Notes: generated by a model from the letters alone, not told the origin. DNA of 64,000 nucleotides from Hymenobacter sp. (GCF_036388155.1 NZ_DASVSI010000145.1:13047-77046), one strand, 5' to 3'. Positions 44,158-54,057 are shown, counted from the stretch's first letter. Numbers and translations are program-made.

Positions 44158-46257
44158 TTAACTGATTCGGCTCCAATTGACGGCCGTGGCCGGCAGGCTC
44201 TCAATGTGCCGACGGATGTTGGCGTTGTCTGGGTGCACTAAGTCGGGGTCTTCTGTCAGCAGGGTTTGCGCGGCGGCTCGGCTCTCGCTCAGAATGCGGC
44301 CGTCTTTGGCCAGGTCGGCAATGAGCAAGTCCAGCACTCCGCTTTGCTGAGTGCCCATGAGGTCGCCCGGGCCGCGCAGCTTCAGGTCGATGTCGGCTAT
44401 TTCGAACCCGTTGTTGGTGCGGACCATGGTTTCCAGGCGGGTGCGGGCGTCTTTGCTTAGCTTGAAGCCCGTCATCAGGATGCAGTAGCTCTGGTCGGCG
44501 CCCCGGCCCACCCGGCCACGGAGCTGGTGCAGCTGCGAAAGCCCAAACCGCTCGGCCGACTCAATGACCATTACGGAGGCGTTGGGCACGTTCACGCCGA
44601 CTTCGATAACGGTGGTTGCCACCATAATCTGGGTTTCACGCTTGATGAAGCGCTGCATCTCGAAATCCTTCTCCTCCGCCTTCATGCGCCCGTGCACAAT
44701 GCTGATTTGGAACTCCGGAAAGGCGCGGGATACGCTTTCGTAGCCGTCGGTTAGGTCTTTGTAGTCCATCGTTTCCGACTCCTCAATCAGCGGGTACACG
44801 ATGTAAACCTGCCGGCCCAGCTTGACTTGGTCGCGAATGAACTCGAACACTTTCAGGCGGTTGGCGTCGTATCGGTGCACGGTCACGATGGGTTTCCGGC
44901 CGGCGGGTAGCTCGTCAATCACGCTCACGTCGAGGTCGCCATATAGCGTCATGGCCAGGGTGCGCGGGATGGGCGTGGCCGTCATCACCAGCACGTGGGG
45001 GATGATGTGTGGGTTTTTCTGCCACAGCTTCGAGCGCTGAGCCACCCCAAAACGGTGTTGCTCGTCCATGATGGTGAGGCCCAGGTTGCGGAACTGCACC
45101 ACGTCTTCTAGCAAAGCGTGGGTGCCCACCAGCATGTGCATGGTGCCGTTGCGCAGGGCTTCGTGCAACACGCGCCGTTCGGCCGTGCGGGTACTGCCCG
45201 TGAGTTTGCCAATGCTGATGCCCAACTCGTCGGCATACACTTTCAAACCGGTGTAATGCTGGTCGGCCAGAATTTCGGTGGGGGCCATGATGCAGCTTTG
45301 GGCGCCGTTGTCGGCCGCCATCAGCATGGCAATGAAGGCCACAATGGTTTTGCCCGAGCCCACGTCGCCTTGCAGCAGGCGGTTCATCTGCCGCCCAGTG
45401 CAAAAATCCTTATAAATGTCATGGATAACGCGTTTTTGCGCGCCGGTTAGGTCAAACGTCAGATGGTTTTTGTAAAAGTCCACTAGAGTTGGGACTTCTT
45501 TAAAAATCTGACCCGCGAGCGTCACTTTGCGCTGGTCGCGCTGCCGTAGCAGCTTGAGTTGCACGTAAAACAGCTCTTCAAACTTCAGGCGGAACTTGGC
45601 TGCGGCTAGTAGCTCGGGGCTTTGCGGGAAGTGAATCTGTTGCAGCGCCTGGGCCTTGCTCATCAGGCCGTAGTGCTCTACGAGTGCCGGCGACAACGAC
45701 TCCGTGATGTGAGACTGGGCTAGCTTCAGCAGCTCGGCCACCATCCGCATGATGGCTTTGCTGTCGACGCGGTGATAATTCTTGAGCTTCTCCGACGTGT
45801 TGTATACCGGCTGCAGGAAGCTTTGGCCCGGTTTGGCTTCGGTTACTTCCTCCAGTTCCGGGTGGGCCATCTGTGGCCGGCCGTTGAACATGGTGGGCTT
45901 GCCGAAAACGATGTATTCCTGATTATTTTTGGTGTATTGCTGCACCCACTTCACGCCCTTGAACCACACCACTTCCAGCTCGCCGGTGCCGTCGCCCACC
46001 TTGGCCACCAGGCGCTGCTTGGGGCCTTCGCCAATTAATTCTTTGCCGCGCAGCAGGCCCTTTACTTGCACGTAAGGCAAGTCGTCGTGCAAATCGGCAA
46101 TGCTATACACCTGCGTCCGGTCCAGGTAACGGAAAGGGTAGCGCTGAATCAGGTCCCCGTAGGTGAACAGCCCCAACTCCTTGCCCAGCAACTGTGCGCG
46201 CTGGGTACTGCCCACCGTGCGCAAAAACTCCAGCCGGGTATTGAAGAAATTACTCAT
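44158..46257 (-). CDS. recG: ATP-dependent DNA helicase RecG
   Basis: Wedge OB-fold, QGDVGSGKT, APTEILA, DEQHRFG, MTATPIPRT, QLHQLRGRVGR, DLKLRGPG. Confidence 0.97.
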   Translation of the reverse strand: MSNFFNTRLEFLRTVGSTQRAQLLGKELGLFTYGDLIQRYPFRYLDRTQVYSIADLHDDLPYVQVKGLLRGKELIGEGPKQRLVAKVGDGTGELEVVWFKGVKWVQQYTKNNQEYIVFGKPTMFNGRPQMAHPELEEVTEAKPGQSFLQPVYNTSEKLKNYHRVDSKAIMRMVAELLKLAQSHITESLSPALVEHYGLMSKAQALQQIHFPQSPELLAAAKFRLKFEELFYVQLKLLRQRDQRKVTLAGQIFKEVPTLVDFYKNHLTFDLTGAQKRVIHDIYKDFCTGRQMNRLLQGDVGSGKTIVAFIAMLMAADNGAQSCIMAPTEILADQHYTGLKVYADELGISIGKLTGSTRTAERRVLHEALRNGTMHMLVGTHALLEDVVQFRNLGLTIMDEQHRFGVAQRSKLWQKNPHIIPHVLVMTATPIPRTLAMTLYGDLDVSVIDELPAGRKPIVTVHRYDANRLKVFEFIRDQVKLGRQVYIVYPLIEESETMDYKDLTDGYESVSRAFPEFQISIVHGRMKAEEKDFEMQRFIKRETQIMVATTVIEVGVNVPNASVMVIESAERFGLSQLHQLRGRVGRGADQSYCILMTGFKLSKDARTRLETMVRTNNGFEIADIDLKLRGPGDLMGTQQSGVLDLLIADLAKDGRILSESRAAAQTLLTEDPDLVHPDNANIRRHIESLPATAVNWSRIS

Positions 46258-46266
46258 TCTTCGTCC

Positions 46267-46857
46267 CTACTTATACTTCAGCGTGTTAATCATGCGTACC
46301 ATGTCGGTTTTCACGTATTCAATCACGGGCGCCAGCGAGTCGTTGGCCGTGGCCGTTTTGAAGTACAGGGCCCCGCGCAGGAAGTGCTTGGTGCTATCGG
46401 TGGTGTAGAACTGAAACTGGCTGGGCACCTCGCCCTGCAGTTCAAACACCGAAGCCCGAATGCCGCTGGGCGTCTTCAAAATGCGCTCATCAATGGCCGT
46501 GGCCTTGATTTCGTGCTTGCCCGTCAGTTTGCGGGCGTCCTCCATCATCTTGTTGTACAGGCGCCGGTCGCGCTGCACGTCCATGTAGGTAATCTGCACG
46601 TTGGCGTTCAGCTTGGGGTAGTACACGTTCAGCCAGTGCGGCTGCGCCATGTACGAAGAGTCCCGCTTTATCACCGCTTCCTTTGAGTATTCGAAAGAAT
46701 AAGGATGGCCGCCGGGCAGTTGCTGGTAGCTGTGCTTCGGCAAATCGATGCGGTTGTAGCCTTTGGGCTTGGGCGTAAAATCCGGCGCCGACGAGCAGCC
46801 CGCCAGCAACCCAACTCCCACCATCAGCCCAAGTGTTATTCTCAGTATCGACACCAC
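46267..46857 (-). CDS. gldD: Gliding motility lipoprotein GldD
   Basis: LAGC lipobox, PKPKGYNR, QFYTTDSTKHFLRGALYF, DSLAPV. GTG start is approximate. Confidence 0.9.
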   Translation of the reverse strand: MVSILRITLGLMVGVGLLAGCSSAPDFTPKPKGYNRIDLPKHSYQQLPGGHPYSFEYSKEAVIKRDSSYMAQPHWLNVYYPKLNANVQITYMDVQRDRRLYNKMMEDARKLTGKHEIKATAIDERILKTPSGIRASVFELQGEVPSQFQFYTTDSTKHFLRGALYFKTATANDSLAPVIEYVKTDMVRMINTLKYK

Positions 46858-46943
46858 GTAGTTTATGCTTAAAAATGACAACGCGGCCACTGGCTGCGCC
46901 TCACGGGACCAAAGGTAACCGGTGGCCCGTGCCGGTGGCAACG

Positions 46944-46973
46944 AAAAAAGCCCCGGTCAAGTGCCGGGGCTTT
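46944..46973 (-). terminator. Intrinsic terminator after ssb
   Basis: A6-GCCCCGG-TCAAGTG-CCGGGGC. Confidence 0.7.
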
Positions 46974-46995
46974 GGGTATTCGTTTCAATACTGGG

Positions 46996-47418
46996 CTAAA
47001 AAGGCAGCTGGTCTAGCTCCGGCTCTTGGCGAAACGTCTGCTGAGCTTCGGGCGCGGCCGCGTCATTAGCCGGGCCGCTTCCCTGCGGACGGCCGCCCAG
47101 CATCGAAATTTCATCGGCGATGATTTCGGTGATGTAGCGCGTCTGCTGGTCCTTGTCCTGGTACTGACGGGTACGCAGCTTGCCTTCAATGTAGACTTGT
47201 TGGCCCTTTTTCAAAAACTTGTCGGCCATGTCGGCCAAGCCGCGCCAGGCCGAGATGTTGTGCCACTCGGTGCGTTCCACCCGGGTGCCTTGCTTGTCTT
47301 TGTAATACTCGTTGGTGGCGAGGGTGAAGTGAGCCACGCTCACGCCGCCTTCCAAATGGCGCACTTCGGGGTCTTTGCCCAGGTTGCCTACCAAAATCAC
47401 CTTGTTCACTCCGGCCAT
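46996..47418 (-). CDS. ssb: Single-stranded DNA-binding protein
   Basis: [31 protein letters not shown], acidic tail DQLPF. Confidence 0.97.
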   Translation of the reverse strand: MAGVNKVILVGNLGKDPEVRHLEGGVSVAHFTLATNEYYKDKQGTRVERTEWHNISAWRGLADMADKFLKKGQQVYIEGKLRTRQYQDKDQQTRYITEIIADEISMLGGRPQGSGPANDAAAPEAQQTFRQEPELDQLPF

Positions 47419-47558
47419 ATTATTGCACGTTAGGAAATACAGAATCAAAAAAGCCACCCGGCTTTTCCTTGCCTTAAAGATACGGAGACGAATTTAAGTT
47501 AGCTAATATTTTGCTAAAATTATCGGCAATAATTTCTAATTAGAATGGCAAGCCGTAC

Positions 47559-48629
47559 TCACAAGTATTGGCCACAGTAATTAGCAATGAGCTTGGGCTT
47601 CGGCAGAGCCTCTATTTCGTCAACCGAATACGCCCGCAAGCCTAAGTCGCGCAGCGTAGCTTCGGGCAACGGTTGCGTTAGGGACATGGGGTGAAACCGC
47701 GCTTCTAGTTTCTGATGGCTCAGCACGTGGCGGTAAGCGGACGTTGGCTCGGCGGCTTGGCTGGTATCTAGCTCTGCGCCCAGGGCGTCGAGGTGGCGCA
47801 CCAGTTCCGCCGGAGGCAGGTCCGGCACCAACGTCTCCGCCATCGCAAAATCGTAGAGCCCCTGCCAGATGTCCTTCTCCCGGCGCTCGCGCAGATAAGT
47901 CTGCTGGCCATGCCGCAACACGAAGTAGTGGAAGTAGCGCGTTCGCGAGGCTTTGGCCTTGCTCTTCACCGGCAGCAATGCCACTTCGCCATGTTGGAAC
48001 GCCCAGCACTGGCTTTGCAATGGGCAAAACAAGCAATCAGGCTTGGCCGGCGTGCATTGAATGGCCCCAAACTCCATGATGGCTTGGTTGAAGTCGGCTG
48101 GTGCAGTAGCCGGAATGTGCTGGTCGGCCACCGCCTGGAACTCCTTGCGCGAGCTGGGGGCGGCAATGTCGGAATGCAAACCAAAAATGCGGGCCAATAC
48201 ACGGTACACGTTGCCGTCGAGCACCGCAACGGCCTCATCAAAAGCAAAAGAGGCAATGGCTGCCGCAGTGTAGGGCCCCACGCCGCGCAGTTTCAGCAAG
48301 CCGGCGTAGTTGTTGGGAAATTGCCCACCGTATTCGGCCACCACTTGCTGGGCGGTGTGGTGCATGTTGCGGGCCCGGGAGTAGTAGCCCAATCCTTGCC
48401 AGTAGCGCAACACTTCGGCCTCGGGCGCAGCCGCCAACTCTTGAACCGTGGGGTACGCCGCCAGAAAAGTTTCGTAGTAGGGAAGGCCCTGTGCCACCCG
48501 GGTTTGCTGCAGGATGACCTCCGACAGCCAAATAGCGTATGGGTCACGAGTGTGGCGCCACGGCAAGTCGCGATGATGGCGCGGATACCAAGCCAGCAAC
48601 GCCGCCGCTAGAAAGGAAGAATTTGTCAA
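47559..48629 (-). CDS. mutY: A/G-specific adenine glycosylase MutY
   Basis: SEVILQQT, WQGLGYYSRARN, LRGVGPYTA, DGNVYRV, CTPAKPDCLFCP Fe-S motif. Confidence 0.96.
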   Translation of the reverse strand: MTNSSFLAAALLAWYPRHHRDLPWRHTRDPYAIWLSEVILQQTRVAQGLPYYETFLAAYPTVQELAAAPEAEVLRYWQGLGYYSRARNMHHTAQQVVAEYGGQFPNNYAGLLKLRGVGPYTAAAIASFAFDEAVAVLDGNVYRVLARIFGLHSDIAAPSSRKEFQAVADQHIPATAPADFNQAIMEFGAIQCTPAKPDCLFCPLQSQCWAFQHGEVALLPVKSKAKASRTRYFHYFVLRHGQQTYLRERREKDIWQGLYDFAMAETLVPDLPPAELVRHLDALGAELDTSQAAEPTSAYRHVLSHQKLEARFHPMSLTQPLPEATLRDLGLRAYSVDEIEALPKPKLIANYCGQYL

Positions 48630-48677
48630 AATTTTGAAAGAGAATAATTTGGACCAGGGAGTTGTTTAGACGCTCAG

Positions 48678-48709
48678 GTTGGTAAAACAAAAAAAGGGGA
48701 CTACCTTTG
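48678..48709 (+). promoter_or_regulatory. -33/-7 promoter for the HU gene
   Basis: GTTG (48678-81), 20-nt spacer, TACCTTTG (48702-09). Confidence 0.6.
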
Positions 48710-48818
48710 TGGCCCCAATTCAAGGGCGAACCGCCTACCGGGCAAGGGCTTACGCTGGAATCTGGGATTTTTTGCCTAAAAATGTATTTTTTTTCAACCA
48801 CCTAAGTACCATACCAAC

Positions 48819-49127
48819 GTGACTAAAGCTGAGGTAATCGCCGAAATCTCCACGAAGACCGGCATCGAGAAAGCAGATGTATTGATGACTGTTGAGGCTT
48901 TCTTCAAAGTCGTGAAAGATTCCATGACGGAAGGCAACAACATTTATGTGCGCGGCTTTGGCTCGTTCGTGAACAAGAAGCGCGCCCGTAAAGTAGCCCG
49001 CAACATCTCGAAAAACACGTCGCTCATCATCGAAGAGCACTATATCCCGAGCTTCAAGCCGTCGAAAACTTTCGTGGCAAAAATCAAGAACAGCAAGAAG
49101 GTTAAAGCCGTTTCGGCCAAAGCCTAA
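48819..49127 (+). CDS. HU/IHF-family DNA-binding protein
   Basis: MTKAEVI, VRGFGSF, ARN, PSFKPS. Confidence 0.93.
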   Translation: MTKAEVIAEISTKTGIEKADVLMTVEAFFKVVKDSMTEGNNIYVRGFGSFVNKKRARKVARNISKNTSLIIEEHYIPSFKPSKTFVAKIKNSKKVKAVSAKA

Positions 49128-49203
49128 GTTTTTTGGTGGGGCGTGCTACGAATTCGGTTGTTTGATTGTTAACTGCCAAATGCGTCCCATCAACTAACAC
49201 GTT

Positions 49204-49260
49204 ACCGGCCGCGCCGCCGGTGTCTTTTCCGCGAGGGGAAGCCCGGCGGCCGGTTTTTTT
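49204..49260 (+). terminator. Terminator/attenuator hairpin after the HU gene
   Basis: GCCGCCGG (49213-20) pairs with CCGGCGGC (49243-50); GCGA loop; T7 tail. Confidence 0.6.
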
Positions 49261-49266
49261 CAGCCC

Positions 49267-50229
49267 ATGGCTACTACCCGTCCAGCTTCTCATCAATTGG
49301 TTGTCCTTGCCGGTGCCCTTGCACTGGTCGGGGCGTTGTTTGTGTTGCCCAAAGGCATTGTAAAGCCGAAAGAAAGCCGCTCGGAACTGAGCAGCGACGC
49401 CGCCAAAACGGCCAACCGCGACGGCGGCGGACCCAATACCAACGGCTCCAAAACCGAAGCGTCGTCGGGCCCAGTGCCCGCTACCGCCACCGATAACGGC
49501 GGTGCCCACTCCGACGACGATGGCCACGACCACAGCGCTTCGGCTCCGGCCGCCGCGCCCCACACCACGGCCACTCCCGCCCAACGGCAGGAACTGACAC
49601 GGTTGCTGGCCGAGTACAAGGCTGCCCCCGACGCCGCTACCCGCGCCACGGTGGCCACCACCTTGGCCCGTCGCTACGACGGCGTGGAGCGGTTCGACAG
49701 CGCCGGGTATTACCTGGAGCAGGTGGCGTTGGCCCGCCCCAGTGCCCAAGCGTGGCAGCGGGCAGCGGATGCTTATTTTCAAGCGTTTAGCTTTGCAGCG
49801 TCGGACGAGCGGGTGAAACTGCTTGGCGGCAAAGCCCGGGAGTTGTACAGCAAGGTGTTGAAAACGGAGCCAGGCAACCTCGACGCCAAAACCAACCTCG
49901 GCATGGCTTACATGGCTTCCGAGGACCCCGTGCAGGGCGTAACGTTGCTGCGCGAAGTGCTGGAAGCGGACCCGCGCAATGAGAAGGCCCTGTATAACAT
50001 GGGCATCTTGGCGGTGCAAAGCGACCAGTACGACAAAGCCGTGAAGCGTTTCCAGGATTTGGTGAAAGTCAATCCGAAAAACGTAAACGGCCAGTTTTAC
50101 CTTGGCGTCACCTTAGCCCGTACCGGCGCCAAGGAAGAAGCCAAGGCCGCGTTCCTGGCAGCCAAAAGCCTCAGCAACGACCCGGCTCTGGCCGCTTCGG
50201 TTGAAGAAGAAATTGCCAAATTGAAATAG
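49267..50229 (+). CDS. Membrane-anchored TPR protein
   Basis: N-terminal TM, His-rich linker (HSDDDGHDH), TPRs (AKTNLGMAY, ALYNMG, GQFYLG). Confidence 0.85.
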   Translation: MATTRPASHQLVVLAGALALVGALFVLPKGIVKPKESRSELSSDAAKTANRDGGGPNTNGSKTEASSGPVPATATDNGGAHSDDDGHDHSASAPAAAPHTTATPAQRQELTRLLAEYKAAPDAATRATVATTLARRYDGVERFDSAGYYLEQVALARPSAQAWQRAADAYFQAFSFAASDERVKLLGGKARELYSKVLKTEPGNLDAKTNLGMAYMASEDPVQGVTLLREVLEADPRNEKALYNMGILAVQSDQYDKAVKRFQDLVKVNPKNVNGQFYLGVTLARTGAKEEAKAAFLAAKSLSNDPALAASVEEEIAKLK

Positions 50230-50270
50230 AATAGAAAATACCCAATCACCAACTTAACCCCCCAAGCATC

Positions 50271-50360
50271 ATGCCCTGCGGTAAAAAAAGAAAGCGTCAC
50301 AAGATTGCCACCCACAAGCGCAAGAAGCGCCTGCGCAAGAACCGCCACAAGAAGAAGTAA
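50271..50360 (+). CDS. 29-aa basic protein, ribosomal protein bS22 / AURKAIP1-COX24 (mS38)-like
   Basis: Hand translation: MPCGKKRKRHKIATHKRKKRLRKNRHKKK*. Below the ORF-track cutoff. Confidence 0.85.
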   Translation: MPCGKKRKRHKIATHKRKKRLRKNRHKKK

Positions 50361-50572
50361 GCCTCACGGGGCGTAGCGGCGGCCAGCAGTTTTCCTAACG
50401 GGAAGGGAGCAAGCCGCCTATCTCTCACGTAGCCTCCTGGATGTGGCCACGCTGAGTGCTTTTCCCGTGGCTCGCGAGGGAAGCCAGAACCCATGGTTCT
50501 GGCTTCCCTTTGCCGGTTTCGGGGTAGTGCTATGTGGTGGATTCGAGGGGTTACCCTAACTAAATCAACGCT

Positions 50573-52180
50573 TTGAGTAATGAATTAGTCATTAATTCTA
50601 CTCAGGAAGGCGAGCGGATTGCGTTGTTGCAAGACAAACGGTTGATAGAATACCACTTCGACCGCAACGACACCAACTACTCAGTAGGCGACATCTTCCT
50701 GGGCACCGTGAAAAAGGTGATGCCCGGCTTGAATGCGGCTTTTGTGGACATCGGCTACGAAAAAGACGCATTTCTGCATTACGGCGACCTCGGCGAGCAG
50801 TACAACTCTTTCACGAAGTGGGCCCGGACGGTGCAAAGTGGCCGCGCCACCACCTCCGGGCTCGAAAAATTCACGTTTGAGCCACCCCTCGAAAAAGTGG
50901 GCAAGGCCGAAAGCGTTTTTAAGAAAGGCCAACAGATTGTTGTCCAAATCATCAAGGAGCCCATTTCCACTAAAGGGCCCCGCGTAAGCACCGACATCTC
51001 GATGGCCGGGCGCTACCTCGTGCTGATGCCGTTTTCGAACACCATCAGCGTGAGCAAAAAAATCGTGAGCAAGGCGGAGCGCGACCGCCTCAAGCGGCTC
51101 ATTGCCAGCATCAAGCCCGAAAACTTTGGCGTCATCATTCGCACCGTAGCGGAAGGGCGGGAAGTGGCCGAGCTCGACAAGGACATGCAGGACATGGTGG
51201 CCAAGTGGGAACAACTCTACACCACCCTGCGCACGGCCAAGCCGAACGACAAAGTGTTGGGCGAACTCGGCCGCACTTCGTCCATGGTCCGGGACATGCT
51301 GAACGAGTCATTCGACAGCATCATGGTGGATGCTCCGACGATGTACGAGGAGATGCGCGACTACCTCCAAAAGATTGCGCCCGACAAGCTGGGCTTGCTG
51401 AAGCTGCACAACTCGAAGATTAAAATCTTCGAGCAAACCGGCATCGAGAAGCAGCTGAAGACGCTGTTTGGCAAGACGGTGACGGTGCCGGGTGGCGGCT
51501 ACCTCGTCATCGAGCACACCGAGGCCTTGCACGTAATCGACGTGAACTCGGGCAGCAAAAGCAACCAGGAAAACGACCAGGAAGCCACTGCCTTGATGAT
51601 TAACATGTTGGCAGCCAAAGAAGTGGCCCGTCAGCTGCGCTTGCGCGACATGGGCGGCATCATCGTGGTTGACTTCATCGACATGCGTTCGGCCGAAAGC
51701 CGGAAGAAAGTGGAGGACACGGTGCGCGACGTGATGAAGGCCGACAAAGCCAAATTCACGGTGTTGCCCATCACCAAGTTTGGCCTGCTGCAAATCACCC
51801 GTCAGCGGGTGCGGCCCGCCGAGAACATTGTGACTGGCGAGGTGTGCCCCACCTGCGGCGGTACCGGCAAGATTTCGGCCTCCATCCAGGTCACGGACGA
51901 CATCGACAACAGCATCGACGACTTGCTGGTGAACCAGAACCAGTCGGGCATCACGCTGTCGGTGCATCCGTTCCTGCACGCCTACTACACCAAAGGGCTG
52001 GTTTCGCGCCAAATGAAGTGGTACTTGAAGTACTACAAATGGGTGAAGGTGGTGAAAGACAGTAGTCTGGGTTTGACTGACTACCGCATTGAAGACGAGC
52101 GAGGCGAAGAAATTCAGCTTCGTTCATCGGCCGCTGCCATGAGCCGCCTGCAAGACCGTGAGGTCGAGATTGTGGACTGA
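50573..52180 (+). CDS. Rne/Rng-family ribonuclease
   Basis: S1 domain (PGLNAAFVDIG), KEPISTKGPR, VIDVNSG, GGIIVVDFIDM, CPTC. TTG start. Confidence 0.95.
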   Translation: MSNELVINSTQEGERIALLQDKRLIEYHFDRNDTNYSVGDIFLGTVKKVMPGLNAAFVDIGYEKDAFLHYGDLGEQYNSFTKWARTVQSGRATTSGLEKFTFEPPLEKVGKAESVFKKGQQIVVQIIKEPISTKGPRVSTDISMAGRYLVLMPFSNTISVSKKIVSKAERDRLKRLIASIKPENFGVIIRTVAEGREVAELDKDMQDMVAKWEQLYTTLRTAKPNDKVLGELGRTSSMVRDMLNESFDSIMVDAPTMYEEMRDYLQKIAPDKLGLLKLHNSKIKIFEQTGIEKQLKTLFGKTVTVPGGGYLVIEHTEALHVIDVNSGSKSNQENDQEATALMINMLAAKEVARQLRLRDMGGIIVVDFIDMRSAESRKKVEDTVRDVMKADKAKFTVLPITKFGLLQITRQRVRPAENIVTGEVCPTCGGTGKISASIQVTDDIDNSIDDLLVNQNQSGITLSVHPFLHAYYTKGLVSRQMKWYLKYYKWVKVVKDSSLGLTDYRIEDERGEEIQLRSSAAAMSRLQDREVEIVD

Positions 52181-52195
52181 CGGCAAATGCACCAT

Positions 52196-52247
52196 CAACA
52201 AAAAGCCCCGCCGTCTGCACGAATGCAAACGGCGGGGCTTTTTGTTG
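52196..52247. terminator. Bidirectional terminator
   Basis: CAACAAAAAGCCCCGCCGT paired with ACGGCGGGGCTTTTTGTTG. Confidence 0.85.
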
Positions 52248-52270
52248 GGCCAGACGGGCTAACGTCCGGC

Positions 52271-52951
52271 TTAGAACTTCATGCCCAGGTCTAGGGCTAC
52301 GCCGCTGTTTTTGATGGTTACGTCGTTAAAATTGCGGGTTTTCTCAAAGTACCGGTCGATGTCGACCAAACCCCGATTGTAGCGAATGCCGCCAAATACC
52401 TTCGTGTTTGTTCCTAGCTGATATTCAACACCTAAGCTGGCCAAGGCGTCGGCGTCGAAGAAGTAGACGTAGTCGCTGGCTTTGTTTTCCTCGCCCGTTG
52501 CTGGGTCGGTGTAAAACTTATTGCTGTTGATGCGGGTGCCAATGGGCACGTTCAGCGAGCCACCTACCTGGAAGTACAGACGCGTGGCTGGTGCAATCTC
52601 GTTTGTAAAAAGTTTGACGCTCAGCGGCAGTTCCAGGTATTGCATGCTGATGTCCTGTTTGGCATTGATGGCCGAGCCAGTGTTCGAAGCATCTTTATAC
52701 GTAATGCTGCCGCCTTTACCGTTGAGGAGTAGGCCGGTGCTGAAAGCGTAGTTCTCGCCAAAGAAGTAATCCACCACCAAGCCGCCGCCGAAACTGAATT
52801 TGCTGCCGTCGCTGGCAAAACCGTAGTTGGCAGGTGACTCGGCCCGCAGGCTAGTGATGGATGGCGAAATTTTCAGGCCTATTTCAACCTGGGCCGAAGC
52901 AGTACCAATGGTGGCCCCAAGAGCAAACAGAGCAAGCAATAGTTTTTTCAT
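52271..52951 (-). CDS. Outer membrane beta-barrel (PorT/porin-family, OMP_b-brl_2-like)
   Basis: Signal peptide, YLELPLSVKL, RYNRGLVDI, terminal LDLGMKF. Confidence 0.82.
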   Translation of the reverse strand: MKKLLLALFALGATIGTASAQVEIGLKISPSITSLRAESPANYGFASDGSKFSFGGGLVVDYFFGENYAFSTGLLLNGKGGSITYKDASNTGSAINAKQDISMQYLELPLSVKLFTNEIAPATRLYFQVGGSLNVPIGTRINSNKFYTDPATGEENKASDYVYFFDADALASLGVEYQLGTNTKVFGGIRYNRGLVDIDRYFEKTRNFNDVTIKNSGVALDLGMKF

Positions 52952-53007
52952 ACGATGCGAAAGGATGGATTGCGGACTGCCGACACGGAGTGGCGGCGGG
53001 TTTTGGC

Positions 53008-53015
53008 TAATTTTG
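53008..53015 (+). promoter_or_regulatory. -7 box (TAATTTTG) for gldB
   Basis: Consensus 16 nt before the GTG at 53032. Confidence 0.55.
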
Positions 53016-53031
53016 TCCCAAAGTAACGCGC

Positions 53032-54057
53032 GTGAAAAAGAATAATTTTGCCTGGCGGCGCTGGCTGCCCCTGTTTATAGGTGTGAGCCTAGGCCTGCAG
53101 GCCTGCAAAAGCGGCCCCGCAGAGGGCTGCCGGGTCGATGCCGCGGCCGACGCCCCGGCCGTGGCCGTGCGCTTAAAACGGTTGGAACCCGCCTTCTTTC
53201 AAATAAAGACGGCCGCCGACGCCCAGCAGTTTATGGATGCCAACCCGGCGTTTGCCCGGTACTACCTGCAGCGCCAACCGGCCAACACCCAAGCGCTTGC
53301 AGCAGGCCTGACCGAGTTGGCCACCAACGCGGCGCTGCAGCAGCTCGGCCGGGAAACCACAGCGGCTTTTCCGGACAGCGCAGCACTGAGGCGGAATTTG
53401 GGCGAGATGTTTCGCCGGGTGCACCACTATTTTCCGGATTTCCAGGCACCCCCAGCCGTCACGTATGTGAGCGGTTTCCTGGCCAAAGATATTTATGTGA
53501 ACGACAGCTTGCTGGTGCTTAGCCTCGACTGGTTTGCGGGCCCCAAGGCCAGCAAGCGGCCCGACCTGCCCCAGTACATGTTGCGCCGCTACACGCCAGC
53601 AGGGCTGCTGCCAATGCTGACGCAAAACGTGTCGACCAAATACAACCGCCACGAGCTGACGGCCAACACCACGCTCGATGCCATGGTGCACGCCGGCAAG
53701 GGCCTGTATTTCGCCAGCCTGATGCTGCCTTGCACGCCCGACTCGCTGCTGCTGGGCTACACCGCCCGCGAAATGCTGGGCCTGGAAGCGAACGAGGCCC
53801 GCGTATGGGGGCATTTTTTGGAAAAGAACCTGCTGTATTCTACTACGCCCTTTTTGGTGCAGAAGTACGTAGGCGAACGCCCCAACGTGCCCGAAATCGA
53901 CAAGACGTGCCCGGGCCGGGTAGGGCAGTGGGTGGGCCTGCAAATCATCCGCAAGTACGTGGCCGAGCATCCGGAAGTGAGCCTGGGCCGCCTGATGGCC
54001 GAAAAGAATGCCCAGCGCATTCTGAACGACTCGCACTATCGGCCGAAAAGGGAATGA
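53032..54057 (+). CDS. gldB: Gliding motility lipoprotein GldB
   Basis: LQAC lipobox, LSLDWFAG, MVHAGKGLY, KYVGERP, CPGRVGQWVGLQIIRKY. Confidence 0.88.
   Translation: MKKNNFAWRRWLPLFIGVSLGLQACKSGPAEGCRVDAAADAPAVAVRLKRLEPAFFQIKTAADAQQFMDANPAFARYYLQRQPANTQALAAGLTELATNAALQQLGRETTAAFPDSAALRRNLGEMFRRVHHYFPDFQAPPAVTYVSGFLAKDIYVNDSLLVLSLDWFAGPKASKRPDLPQYMLRRYTPAGLLPMLTQNVSTKYNRHELTANTTLDAMVHAGKGLYFASLMLPCTPDSLLLGYTAREMLGLEANEARVWGHFLEKNLLYSTTPFLVQKYVGERPNVPEIDKTCPGRVGQWVGLQIIRKYVAEHPEVSLGRLMAEKNAQRILNDSHYRPKRE

Noticed and set aside
50378-50420. Possible SRP RNA helix 8 (UAAC loop, downstream AGCA) or 6S-like RNA
   Set aside because: The symmetric CAGG/AGCA loop geometry is absent and there is no rod-like 6S fold. 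Kept only as an unnamed structured-RNA candidate.
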